A stretch of 64,000 nt of DNA from Basidiobolus meristosporus CBS 931.73 (Eukaryota > Fungi > Basidiobolomycota): contig MCFE01000375.1 of assembly GCA_002104905.1 (NCBI GenBank), positions 1 to 64,000 on the forward strand, given 5' to 3'. This document shows, piece by piece, positions 1 to 12,726 of the stretch. The notes under the pieces are model-generated. The model was given only the letters and a program-made list of their open reading frames with translations, ran no database searches and had not been told where the DNA came from. Positions within the stretch are counted from its first letter, which is position 1; every line of letters starts with the position of its first letter. Both the position numbers and the translations under genes were made by a program.

Positions 1-1846
1 AAGCTTCACATTTTAGGTAGGTGCACGACGCTGGGGAGTATTTGAAGTGACTTGAAGTACTGAGGGCTCTTGAGATATTCGCTGACTTGGTATTTGAGCT
101 CATGGAGTATTGAGATATCTGGTATTTTAAAGGGACTCCAAAAGAAAAAACCTTTGCAGCAGAGTATTTATATATCTGGACGGCCTTAGAGGACAGTTGA
201 TAATATTGCTGTGAGAAACGCCTCAAAAAACCATGCGCAAAATTTGAAGTCCTTTAAATGAGTTTGAAAACTTCGATTACCCAAGACTTCTTTAGTTTCT
301 TAGCCAATACCCTACGGCTAAAATTTTGGTCAATGATGCATGATCTAGCAATTAGCCTAGTAAAAGCCAAAGATAAATGAATAGTTTCGATGGCAAATCG
401 GAGAATTTCAACTCAGACAGGCTTGTGATCTTTGGTAATCGCATAGATGTTCTAACGACCCTTAACAACTCATAAGCCTTGTGCATATCTACGATCATGC
501 AAATACTGGTTTTTAAAAAGCTCTGACTTCTTCCAGTAGCCAGCATAAAACTGGTACACATTCTCCAAGCATTCCCCGTAGTATTGCTCGGTTCTCCTTT
601 CTGCCTATCCCAGATTGGTCACGCATCTATTTAGCAAGAAAACCCATATGCTTCTAGCTAACAACTAACCCACCATGAATTCTAGGCTATATGAGATTCA
701 CGAACAATCAACCTGCAGTGCTGAAATTCAATGGTGGGTGGTATGGACTGTAAGGTTGTACTTTGTAAAAACAAATTGGTTTTGCGGTGAATAAAGCCCA
801 GAATTCTGGCAGATGTTGTTAGCCACCAATCCTTGATTATTATGCTACTGATCTGGATTTACTTCGCCTATGAAATAATGCTAGGGAATCCACTAAATGC
901 TTAGCCATAGGGAGCCATGCAATAGATTTCGCCCAGCCATTGTTGGTGGCCTCGCCTGGGCTGATCAAGTGAACAACTAATCCACGGTTAAGCAAGTTGG
1001 AAATATGGGGACCTCCGTTCCTTGTGGGCTGCAATCATTTATACTGCATTTGGCGCTCTGTAGGTATATCACTAATCTCATCATCACGTATGCGGGATCT
1101 CATCCGTCTCCCAGGAGAGAAGTCTTTGCCACTGTTTTCAGCAGCGTTGGCTGATTCTTCAGCAGTCGACTCGGAAATCCGCAACCCCAGCGGTAATCAC
1201 ATATGCATGCAAGTAAATTTGGAGTGGTCGGTTGAATGCCCAAGGGCCGTTGTTGAGGTAAACTCGAACTTGTTAATAAACTCTGTTCCACAACCTTCTC
1301 AGTGTCTGTTACACTTCCCCAATCTTTGACATTCGATGGTATATGTATCACTCCGACATGTATCTAGCTAATCTTGAAGTGCTACTTGCCGCGATGCTGT
1401 TACATAAAATCCCGGTCATCATCTGCTATCCTCGTACATGCCATGGCCTCTATATCACATGCAATGTAGGTCAAGCAAACCCAACAGAAAAGGAGCAGGC
1501 TCGAAATAGCCCTCACATCTACTGCAAATTGGAGGTACAAACAAGTATTTGTGAGGTAAGAACATAGACGATTGCATTCTGGATTCCCTCGAAATAAAGC
1601 CTCCCCTATATCGATAGGCCCGCCCCTCTTGAGCTCGAGCACAATGTGTGCGGGGACTTTCTAGGATCGGATCGTGTGGAAACTGAGGCCTGGACGGCGT
1701 TCATCTGAAAGTACCTGGTGAATTTATTTTATTGGTAAGCTACTCCCGATTGACAAATGAGGTTTGGATGCGTCAACAATAAACAGCATCCCGCAATGCC
1801 CCCCCCCCCCGAGTTCTCTTGAGCTGGCCAGACACTCTTTTCACGG

Positions 1847-2326
1847 TCATGAGGATGTGATGGTGAATGGCCCAGCGATTCCAAAGAGAGATGGCTGTTG
1901 AAGGTTGGACATGGAGGAGGTTGTGACCCGGATGTAATATAGGTTGGGGTTGACCCCTTTCTTTTTTATGCTCGGGACTTTCCACGCATAGGTGAAGGTC
2001 TGATTACTGAGGTTGTCCACGATCTTCGAATCCAAAGTGTTCTTGATCAAGGGAAGACCATTAGCGAAAGAGTATTGCAGGCTGTTGTAGAGCTGGAGGC
2101 CGTAGGTGGTAACCGAGTCTCCGCTGAACCCACAGTCGTTTCCTAGTTTCCACCGGAGGGTAACAGTCTTGCCTGGCTTCAGGCGAGTCCCTTCAGCAGG
2201 AGTGTCAAAAATCACACAGGAATAGTCACGCTTGCCCCAGGGCAAATGCTTATCGAACTTGGGCAGCGCCTCGGCTGTCCACTGGAAGCAGGCGAGAAGT
2301 GCCACGGTAAGAAGAAGGCTTTTCAT
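1847..2326 (-). CDS. Small secreted protein (159 aa) with a Kre9/Knh1-N / Ser-Thr-rich GPI-family-like Ig fold and no GPI tail
   Basis: Intronless ORF from ATG 2326 to TGA 1847. It has a hydrophobic signal peptide (MKSLLLTVALLACFQWTAEA) and a KR Kex2-type site. The pattern P..G..L.PG..V.L.W ... W.VP ... YYIRV ... GPFTI is typical of this fold. A TATA box lies about 50 nt upstream. Confidence 0.75.
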   Translation of the reverse strand: MKSLLLTVALLACFQWTAEALPKFDKHLPWGKRDYSCVIFDTPAEGTRLKPGKTVTLRWKLGNDCGFSGDSVTTYGLQLYNSLQYSFANGLPLIKNTLDSKIVDNLSNQTFTYAWKVPSIKKKGVNPNLYYIRVTTSSMSNLQQPSLFGIAGPFTITSS

Positions 2327-2374
2327 GCTGAGTCGACGTAAGGGGAATGGGTAACTCTGGCTCCGCTCGAGCCG

Positions 2375-2383
2375 TTTTATATA
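2375..2383 (-). promoter_or_regulatory. TATA box of the secreted-protein gene
   Basis: TATATAAAA on the minus strand, about 50 nt upstream of ATG 2326. Confidence 0.55.
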
Positions 2384-3567
2384 GCGACGGTGAACATGCT
2401 AGGCCACCATCACTGCTCTAATTCTGTTGGTTGTTGGTTGAGTGGTTGGGCGGTCTACGATTACCCCAAGCCAGAACACCAACCTATTCAAACGCAGCGA
2501 TCATGAAATAAACTTTGAGTAATCAAGTCAATAATCTGGTGGCAAGGTGATTTGGTTAACAAATAATCCGTCATCCTTCGCCAATGTGTCCTCCCATTCG
2601 TTCCACTATAAATATCTGAAACGATTCCGGAGTATTGGCCGACCTTGCACCAAGCAAACAAGGTTACCTCTGATTTTGGCCGACTGGAATTCAACCACTT
2701 CGCTGGCCCTGAGCTGCACCCGGATCGTCCACAATGCACCTCACGCCGAGAATTTCAGGGGCATGGATCACCGTACGTGACATATGCCTCCCAACCTCCA
2801 CGCCCAAACTGCCCGAGCATCCTTCTACCCGGTCGAGCGAGCCATTGATATTCTAGACCCCTCAGGGATGCCCGACTGAACTCGTCCTCCTGCTTTCCCT
2901 ATGGTATAGTGAGCCATTCCCCGGAGACTCGAATGTTCACATTGTCGCCAAGGCAGGCCATTCCCGCTGACATTATGCCCCACACTGATTTGGCAATGGT
3001 TGCCGAATGCTGCATAGAACGAATCCATATTAATGGCGGTTGGATCATCCTTCGGTCTCCCGGGCCCTGTTGGAATACAAACCAGGGTAAACCCTGTCAC
3101 GAAGGCACGAGGGATCAGATGTAACGTCCCATACTGCTGGGACATACCCATGCCACCGAGATGACGGGTCCGGTCGCCTTTGTACCCCCACCGACGGGAT
3201 CTTCGAACTCCCAGGAATCCCCGCCAAGAGAATGGATTCCGCGCTGGACTGGGACCCTCCGTGGTCGGTGAATGAGGCGACCAGCAACTACTGGGTTGGT
3301 CAATTTCCGAACACTTTCTGGGGGCTCAACACCCGAGGACATTGCTGGTCCGCATCTCCGCTTCAACACACACCATCCCAACCAGCGGGGGTCCAACCAA
3401 AACCATGCCAACTCTATCCTTGGTGATATCGGGGTGAAAAGGTTGGTTGCGGTTTATTATGTCTAAGGGAGAGGTGTGAAGGGATTGTGTATAGCTAAAT
3501 GTATCTAGAGATTGAATGTATTTACATATGGTGTTCGACTGCTCGTGGAGCCCTGGTGGACATCTGG

Positions 3568-4970
3568 TCAATTAGAGATCCCCCAGACTTCCAGCTCTAC
3601 GCAGGAAAACTTTGGGGTGGTTAGCGGCTCGTTGTCAAAAGTGGAGCACCTGCTGGTTACCCCCTCTTCGAACTGGCTATCCAGCCAGAGACCGAATTTC
3701 CCGTTGCTACGAAATGACGGGGTAAGCTACCTGGGTTGACAGTTGTGTGGTGGGGGAGCGACGGAATCTCTCTTACCTGGATCCCACGGCGATGAAGCTT
3801 AGGTCGCTAAGCATGTAGTACTCATTTTCGCCGGAGCGCGGGTAGACCTTGATCTCTGGCTCGACGTCATCCGGATTGGCAAGCTTCCACAAGAAACTGG
3901 TTGAACATCGGATCGAGTTAATCAATCTACCGCACTGTCTCGTTTGACCAATAAAGACTCCATTCTAGATGGTTACCTTTCTCCGTTGCCGTAGAATCCG
4001 GGGTGTGGCTGAAATGGCTCGGTAAGGTATGCCCCGAAAATCACGCTGCCACTGTCCTTGATGGCCAACACGACGGGCCCCTGATGGTCCCTTGAATTCT
4101 CGTACATCGTGTGGATGCTAGCCCCGTGTTGATCCAGGCTGTAGAGCAGCTTCCAGGATGGCTCCAACCGTCTAGCACGAGGGATACGCGTTCGGAGCTT
4201 CATGATCGTATTGATTTAGTAGGTAGCCGAGGGCCAGTCAATTGGATGAAACCTACCTCTGTGCCCAGCTCTACCGATAGAACGGGAGTGGTTTCCTGGT
4301 CTCTTCCGGTAAGCTTAATGGGTGACAGCTCCAGGGCCTTTGATAATGCCACGACGTTTTCCGGCGCTGAATGTTCAATGGGGAACGTGACAGACTTGCA
4401 CTTCGACAGTCCGCCGTGACTACGCGAAATGTATCGATAGGAATGGAGCTTGGGTCTCCTTGGGACCTCACTTCTTACGGTATATCTTGTGTGCAGGAAT
4501 ATCTCTGTGTTGCTTAGCGACATACCTCCAGCGTCAGTGAAGTGATGGCCTAGTCGGTGCTCGGTTTTAGCCATCATGATTGGGCTAGCTGACGATTCCA
4601 AGCGGCGAAAGGTCGGTCGCTGCGCGTCCCAGTCCGAAGGAGTTGCTGGAGGCGAGTAGGCGTTACACTAGAAATACACGAGTTTAGTCGGGGGAGATGC
4701 GCGGGTAAACCTCTGGCAACCAACCTCTATGGAAGTTAGGTCTAGCGCAGTTGTGGCCACATCTGAACCGGGGGGAAATTCCCATTGCAGCTTCCCATCC
4801 TCTTTGGGAGTAAGAACCAGGCTTGAGGGTTTCCGGTGTGGAGTGGGAAGTGTGAAATCATGGATTTGATGGAAACCACCAGTCACTGAGGAAGAATAGG
4901 CGAGCGTGTCTGCGGGAGAATGTAGAGGCAGATCGAACGAGATAGAGTGCGGCTTCTTTATCGCTGTCAT
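3568..4970 (-). CDS. OXR1: TLDc-domain oxidation resistance protein (Oxr1 family), 5 exons
   Basis: Exons 4970-4725, 4667-4257, 4197-3977, 3896-3777 and 3706-3568 join in frame across GT-AG introns of 57-80 nt. TLDc motifs: WKLLYSLDQHGASIHTMY, VLAIKD...IFGAYL, FYGNGESFLWK, GKFGLWLD, FDNEPL, ELEVWG. Confidence 0.92.
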
Positions 4971-5865
4971 GTTGTCAGCTACGTGTGGGAGCTGTGTACC
5001 TTAAGTAGAGTATGGTGAAAGTATCGTCACGTTTGAGGCTTTTGTTGTCGTGGTCTGGAGTTGAGAGAGTATGTAAATAGTTTGGTGGCAATCATGGCGG
5101 CCCCTTTTAAGGTCTCCACATTTCCATTAGAAATTCACGATCACAGACTACGGAGTGATCCTGACATAGGATCAAGTAATGAAACATCAAACCAATCGAA
5201 ACCATTCTGTCAATTGTTTCATCTGATCCTTCAGCAAGTGTTCCATCATGAATAGAGCTAGATGGTAGCGGAGGACGACTACTAGGCTGATCCTTAAGCT
5301 GTCACCAAGCTTGAATTGCATATGCGGAATTCCATGGAACCAAAAATGGCCGCGGCTCCACGATGATCCTGACAGCTCCACTATATCCCAAAATACCATT
5401 GAAACGGTCAAAACGAAGTCCAGAGGCTAGTTGAATCAGATGATCTCGCAAGCGACCAACTAGAAATTGAACACTCTATTTTTGGGCCATTCCTCTATGG
5501 GTCTCAATCCCAGCCGCGAGCAATTTCCTTTATATGCGTGTATATGTATATATGGTGATTCCCATTTTTGATTGCCAACTCGGCTCTATTATTTAGTCCG
5601 TCCTCACCGAACCAGAATATTCCATTCGACCCAACGAATCGAAGTGTGCATGAAGAACCATGGCACATTCCCAATCTCGTAGCGGCAGCTATGCTCGGCG
5701 GTGATGGCCTTGGTAGCAAGCCCACTTTAGCAAGTGGTTGACATCACTTGGCTATACTTTTTCGGCACAAGTAATCATCCCGAGCAAGAACGCTTGAAGG
5801 CTTGCTGCCACAGATGCTGGAGTTTAGCAATTGCACTGGTCAATGATCTTCCCGTGATAGTCCAG

Positions 5866-8001
5866 TCAGAATAAATGATTGCTCGTCAGATGCTTCTGAC
5901 TGGAGCTTGGCAGTAGGTGATGGTGCTCTTTATTGCCAGGCTGTACAATTTCTGAGTGGCATTCAATCTGAGCTGCAGCAAGCCTAGTCAACAAACACTG
6001 CAAACTGAGTGTAATGAATAGCATTACTGTGGAATGATAATTTTAAGAAATATCCGCTGACGATCCAGGCTTACAAACGTCGATTTTTAGTGATTGCTCA
6101 GCATCGTTTGTACTACCTGGAATATCGGATTTCATTTCCGCCTCTGCTGAGCCTTATTATTATCATCCATTCGGTAAACCAATGCAGAGCACCTACCATA
6201 GATTGCTTCTGAAGAAACCCCAGTTGTGGAGAAACAATTTTCTCCACCCTTGCAGCTCTGTGCAGGATTGGCTCTGCCACTCTCTGATAAATGAATGACA
6301 TTTTCGAGTAATATAATCAAATACAAGGAACTTGGGTGAACGGAATATCTGGCAACCTAGAAAGAGAGGATCAGCCGAGGCCATAAAATTTCGAGACCAA
6401 TTGGGCAATGACATTTTTCACCGCTAGAATTGACCCTAGCTTGAAGGCTTTCTGGTAATTATTATAGACTTCTCTGTGCACAATTCCACGCATCTCCCCT
6501 GCCACTCGTACAATAAGTGTGCGTTTGGTTTCATGACACGTGAACCAAATTACCAGTAGGATCCTTGAGTACCACTAAAATGTCGAAATGTCGAAATTCT
6601 AGGATGTGTATCTTGGCGACAAGTAATGGGATTCTTTCGGCTTCCACACTTTTTAGGATGACCTCAATGGTCCAGAACTCTATGCTCCCAAATAAAAAAG
6701 TCATAAACGATCAACATGAATTACGCTAAATAATAGATTGCTGACAACCTTCGCCAAGTAACAAATGGTTGCCCAAATCGCTCATTAGTGTCGCCCAGCT
6801 TCCATTGGTGGAATCAACCTTTACAAATTGGCTTGACGATCCTCGAGTATTTAATATTTCTTGGGAACGATTGGACTAGAATGATGGAAGATAAATTAAG
6901 CAACATAAATTCCGGTATTTCACCGTCACTGCTTACATAAAGGCATCCAGCTGGGCCTGGTAAGTGCATTTTACTAGCAGAGTTATGGGATATTTGAGAT
7001 ATATCACTAGATGTAGAAGTCACTTCGATGGGGTGCTTGGTTAGTATGAAGTCTACCCTTTCTCTATTGGTGGGTTGTACCTTTTTCAGGATCCAATATA
7101 CAATCAGGACTCTTATTCTCCGAGAAATACTGGGTCAAAGTGGGGGCGGTGTCTACGTCGAATATGGTGGAACTTCTATCCTTCCATGAATTCCGGTGGA
7201 CATTCTGAAGAAAAGCCTGAAAAAAGTCCGTCTGAGCAATCAGATTATCCACGTCTGGTGATCCCGACAAAATTGGTTGTTCGGCTCTTGGCGACAATGA
7301 ATGATTTTGATATTGATTTAGATTTAGCTTGTATGGGGTCTCAGGGTGTGGTGTGTCTTTGCTCTCTGACATTACCCGACTTCTTTCCATTGGCCGCAAC
7401 GAAGCCTCTATGCTTTGAAGCTTTTCGTCGGACAATGTGCGTGCACTGATATTATTGTAGCTGTTATTGGCAAATGGCTTACGGTGTGAAGTGGATTGTT
7501 TTAATATGCTTAATTCCTGAACTGAAAATATCTTACTGATGTCTACCTTACAACTTTCTACTATTCTGCACTCAATTCGCCTCCTCTTCTTGGGTTTGGG
7601 TGCTTCATAACACTGGATATTGTGAAGGTTTATTCAAAGAAAGAAAAGGAATCGATTAAATACCTCTTCAATAAGTATTGGGTCATCAATAGTATCGCCT
7701 ATCTGACTGAAATCTATATCGTCCTACAAGAGATGAATCTCTCGCCCAAGTATACAACAAGGAAGGTGTACCTCCTCGATCTTGATGAACTCTGGGTCAT
7801 TGCTTCCTATCTAGAATAAAAACCTAGTTGAGAGCCGAGTAGATAAAGTAAGCACCGTTTCGAGATACCACGGTTGAAATGCTTGGGGATGGTTGGTGGT
7901 TTTTCAAATTAGAGAGAAAGTGCTGGAAATCCCACTAGCATTTGGAAATTAGTTACTCCAAAGACTACGAGAGGGCTACTTGCTTGTCTTACCGAAGTCA
8001 T
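5866..8001 (-). CDS. HROB: HROB/C17orf53 (MCM8IP, DUF4539 OB-fold)-like protein, multi-exon; 3' end uncertain (5866 or 6132)
   Basis: Spliced reading gives LPGPAGCL, GSWATLMSDLG, ERIPLLVAKI...DILVVLKDPTG|GEMRGIVHREV...KLGSILAVKN|VARYS...LYLIILLENVI, matching the DUF4539 signature (VLKDPTG..G.IH ... GSVL.L.NV ... YL.I...N). An NLS-like PKPKKRRRI lies near the N-terminus. GT-AG introns verified by eye include 6553-6499; the junction near 7440 is ambiguous. Confidence 0.75.
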
Positions 8002-8900
8002 GTTCTCCACAATGTTTTCAAGTCTTCAGATGTATCTCACGTAGTCAAAAAATGTCCTCGTATGCACATTAACCGATTGCGTATTGTGACTACTTTCGCA
8101 AGGAGATTTATCATGAGCACTAACCATCCTAATCACCTCGCATTTAGAGCAGTTTTAGAACGCCCCAATCAAATCATCGCCTGATCATCCTGTATTCTGT
8201 CATATTAATAGATTGATGATCTCCACCGAAATATGGAAATTGCATTGTTTGGGCATGGTTTAAGCAATAAATTCCCAGTATATTCGTGCGAATTGGGTTT
8301 GCCGGTGTGGTTGCAGCCAGGATTTGGGGTCGTTAGTTATCAACCTAATTTTCTGGCCCAGCCCAACCCTACGTGTTTTGACAAACTAACAAACAGTGCA
8401 CTAGAGTTGCCGGCTTTCACACAACAACTGATCTATGATCGGATTAACGGTAGTGCAGATAAGCAGGTTCATCCGATTCCACCATTCGACCATGTTGAGC
8501 CAGAATACTCATTGGCCCGTTTGTTTATTACACTTACAGGTAGGATTCGGTCATTTCCAAGAATGTTGATGAAAAGTTCTCCATGGATCCACATGTTGGG
8601 CGTGTGCATACGAATGGTCTGCTTCTGGCAGAATCTCGCCGCTACATCTGTGCCAATAGTGAGCCAGGCTTACCAGAAGGCTGATTTTGTTTTGGTAGTA
8701 GAAGACTCAGTGAATTTATTTACAAGGACATCTTTGCTGAATAGAACAAGGGGCATTAGACACTTCCAGGCTATTGAAGTTGGAGAAACATAAATCTTGA
8801 AGAAACAATGCGAGTGATTTAGACATTATTATTGTCAGAGCTATCTATTATTACGGTGGCCAGCACATTAGGAGTATTACTGAGAGACCTGTCCAGGCGT

Positions 8901-9485
8901 TCAGACATGAGTCTTGTAGTGTCTTCTCAAATTTGAGAGGACGGAGAACCGACGTTGGCAATTGGCGTACTCACAAACATAGGGCTTCTCCCCGGTATGA
9001 GTATGGAGGTGGACACGTAGGGAGCTGGGACGAGGGAACCGCTTGTGGCACAGGTGGCAGACATGGCGTTTCGCGATGTAATTTGGCTGGTTGCGCTGAA
9101 AATCTTCCATATTATTGGAGAGAGACCTTTTCTGCGAGTACATGCCAATCTCCTCGTCAGTATCGGGGGTAGTGGGAGCGGTCCCGTTGGTTTGCTCGTC
9201 CGAGTAGGGACTGGGGCTAGACTCTAGAAGGGAAGGAAGCAGTGTTTGGAACGCGGAGCTGGCACGGAGTTGATCGTGGGATGGCTTGTGTGCAGTTTTT
9301 TTGTACGAGAAGTAGTCTTGATCGTTGTCCTCGACACAACGCTTAAACCAGGTTTCTTGGGAGAACAGGTCTTTGATGCTTGGAAGTTGACTGGCAGGTG
9401 GAGTCCAGAGACCGTGAGATTTACTTGCGGCCGTGTCGGGGTATTGAGGCTGATACATTGTATGGGTGAGGCTAACTTGAGACAT
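8901..9485 (-). CDS. MtfA-like two-finger C2H2 transcription factor, paralogue 1
   Basis: Intronless, ATG 9485 to TGA 8901. Fingers [50 protein letters not shown] resemble the RPSSLxIH/FSVxSNMxRH pair of Aspergillus MtfA. N-terminal LPSIKDLF motif. Confidence 0.92.
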   Translation of the reverse strand: [194 protein letters not shown]

Positions 9486-9600
9486 GAACAAAAGCTAAGA
9501 ATCAAACTGATCGAAGGTTTGACTTGAGGTGAGATCCCAAATAGGTAAAGGGGAAGTGAAAAGTGGTTAGCAATAGAGTTTTAACCTCGACTTCCCAGAG

Positions 9601-9608
9601 TTTATATA
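9601..9608 (-). promoter_or_regulatory. TATA box of C2H2 paralogue 1
   Basis: TATATAAA on the minus strand, about 115 nt upstream of ATG 9485. Confidence 0.5.
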
Positions 9609-12600
9609 GCTCTCGAGCAGATAATCTGAAGCTGGAATTAGCATTGCTTGATTGCAGATCTAGCATGGGCATCTATAATAAATGAATCGATTTGCACTCC
9701 AGCTGATTTATTTATATCCATTCCATTCGATATTCCACATCTGGGACTTGACATTCGATCTTGACCCCTCATTTCCAACTATGAGCTCCATCTGAGCCAA
9801 TCATCGGGAGCAGCATCAACTTTAATATGGGATTTTAAAAGGGCACGGTGTAGGATGGGAAAGGCGCGCTCTAAGAAGCGACCGGGTGACCAAATAAATT
9901 CTGGAGTAGTCCGTTGTGTAATTCAGAAGAGCGATCCTCCTGGCTTGAGGCTAATTCGTGAATGATTCAAGTAAATCCGTTAATATATGCCATAACGGCT
10001 GCATGCTGACGACCTCACCCCAACCTCTTATTTAGGCAGGAGAGTGATCAAGAGTCTAAATTCTTGATTCTTGTAATACCGATGCTGACATGTATTGGAC
10101 CTTCGTGATTTGTGAATGGTACGTGGGAACCTCATTTTGCGAGACTCTCCAATGAAACCCTCCAGCAGCACACTTTAGGATAAGATCCTTTGGCAGTATC
10201 GGCATAGAGATCACAATTCCTCGATACTTAACCCGCATGCTGATTGGTGGTGAGTCTGGCTGCATAATGATTCCTAAGCCCACATACCAATGCCCTGCGG
10301 CCAATAGTCACTGGAGGAGGCGGGATGGTGAAGCGGGATGAATAGGCAGCCTGCATTGGTTGATTTGGCCATCGGCTCTGGCTGGCCTCGTAAGCTAGCG
10401 TCAGCTAATATAGCCGAGCTGTGAGCATCCTGGTGGAGCTTTGACCAGAGATGCTATATTCGGATTGCACAGTAACCGCTGATGGATCGGACGATATGGC
10501 ATTGCCACCGGGCCGTTTGGCACTGCAGTGGCCCAGCAACGCCAGGCCTGATCAACCGTAGCGGCATCTGCGGTGGTCTGCCCAACACCATAGGTCCCTT
10601 TGTGTTTAGTCGCTGTGTAACTCGCCGTGGATGATCTGTAACGAGAACATTTCTACTGCCGTGATATCTTGTGCCTGGTCACTTGATGCTCGAATGTTTG
10701 TCGACTGCGTCAGCTTCGATAAATTTGAAATACGCGACTCAACCACTGCAAACTCATATATCCTTATTAAGGCAGAAGAGCATATGAGATCCCATCTAAT
10801 TAACCTGAATCTACTGGTGGTGCGTCAATACCATGGCCAAGATGGTGATCTCACGTCGAGTTATCGAGTGGGCATCATCCCACCGCTGATTTCGGTGATT
10901 TCATGATCTTGATACGAGAGTTTGTCTGACCACACAAGCTGATGATTGCTGCGTAGGTGCCGCTTTTACATGATAGGGACGATCATGTAAGTCCAGACTG
11001 AATTCTGATGAGCCCCAAAGATCGGGAGTATTAGGTTCACACAATGGACTATGATCACATGTGAAATCCGTCGGATAAATGGAATTTCTCTGTGACCTGG
11101 TGAATCGAAGAGGTGGCGAGTAGTGGTTGGTGATGAGTGATGGCCGTTTGGGCAATAGAAATTTCCCGTCAGTCATCGTAGTGGCTCGTAATGATGCACT
11201 TTCCTCATTCGGCTGATCATCATCCTGTATGCATATGGTTCACACCCACTCCTTGTGGAGTTGAGGCAGGAGACGTTTGGGCAGTCTTGCGCCAGCATGA
11301 CACTGAGATCTTGCAGAGGGCTACAGGCTGCCCAGTGATGTCCAGGGGGTATGAAGAATCCAAGCGTCGCTTCCAAAGTTAGCCAGAGGGTCAGACGTAT
11401 CCGCACCAAGCCCGAGCAAGGTCAACACACATGCATCTCCAATGGGCGGATCGTCCGTAGTTTGAGCCAATGACGATCCCCTCAGGCTAGGTGTTAAGCT
11501 GAATGCCATAAACGGTTAGGCATCCATAAGCAACCTATATATGCTCTTTGTCTCACTTGGGAGATAAATGCAACGCACGTTGTGAAGACTAATAGGAACG
11601 ACCGATGGGTGAGCTTAGCCCGAATTGAAGGGATTTCTAAAGGTGAGAGCATTCTCGAATCTCTAACTGGGCTCCCCTCCAAATTCGTCTTATATGGCAG
11701 ACTAATTAAGCGCTACTGCACTTCCACCAACCACAAGCAGCTGTAAATATATAATGCCATGCACTTACATATTTAGCAATACCAGAGACACTGTTTGGCA
11801 TGCTGAGCAATCTTCCTACGGTGCTAGATTCTCATTCCCGACCCGTAGCGTACACGTTGAATCAAAGCTAAACCATGTAAGTGGAGGCTTATCAGGTTGT
11901 CAATTGCCAATGTTAAACTGGGAATAGTGGAACCATTCTGTGGGTCGCCATACGACAACGTGGGGACACTGCCACTGGGTGGCGAGGTTTCGGTAGAATT
12001 ACCCAAAGCAAACATAGCTCAAGAGAGAGAGAGGCTGATAGGCGAGGCCTTCTACATTCTAAATTGCTGCCCGTATCGAAGCTGTCAACATACTATATTA
12101 GTTAGATTGTGTTGACTGTTCTCACTTGATTAAGCAACGAGAACGACGACGGTGCATCCAACCAAACCACAGGATGATGTATCTATGGATCCAGCCCACA
12201 TTTCGTGTTGCGCAGCAGACTGTTCAGAATCCACACTGTTCGAATAACGAACAGTCATCCATGAACATAGTTCTAGCCAACCTGGGCACTTCGTCGGAGT
12301 GCTAGTCCGGCTCGATCCAGTGGCCTCACATGAACGGGGGAAACCGCCAATGCGTGCTTTTACAATGATAGTTTAATAAAGTTTGGATAGAAGAAACATA
12401 AAGTGGTAATCAGAAGCCTTCGGGTTGCATCTCTTGCAGAGAACAAATTAACGCGAGTGTGCTGGCAATGTTCTCTTGGCGATGCGGATTGTAATGGCGG
12501 TCGATCGAACAACGCTGGGCTCTTCAACTGGAGTGCACGGACGGTGGCTGAACCAGAGCCCAGGGCGTGTGGGATCAAACAAAAGTGTTTATTACAATGG

Positions 12601-12726
12601 AGAACTGAATGAGTAGTATCAAAGCTTGAAAGTGGTCGACAAAGAACATCTACAATATAAGAAGGTGGGGTGTACGGTCAAAATTATATCAATGTTGGCA
12701 ATCTAGAGAGTCGTTCGGATGGAACC

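Noticed and set aside
1-180. Minus-strand ATG at 103 with an open frame to the window edge (MSSNTKSANISRALS...) and TATATAAATA at ~165-175
   Set aside because: It may be a gene start, but only 34 codons are visible and no motif is recognisable.
840-1350. Coding-like minus frame (...SESTAEESANAAENSGKDFSPGRR...QYK*LQPTRNGG...)
   Set aside because: It has an internal stop, no start or splice model, and no family motif.
2400-3470. GC-rich stretch with many short overlapping ORFs; considered as a structured ncRNA
   Set aside because: No tRNA, snRNA or snoRNA hallmark and no long stem found by eye. It is most simply the upstream region of the secreted-protein gene.
10758-10766. ATATCCTTA resembling a U12 5' splice site
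   Set aside because: It is not in a gene context and has no matching U12 branch point or AC acceptor.
9500-12700. 3.2 kb interval with many 60-115 aa ORFs
   Set aside because: No motifs or consistent splice chain; probably regulatory DNA of C2H2 paralogue 1 plus the MED25 3' region.
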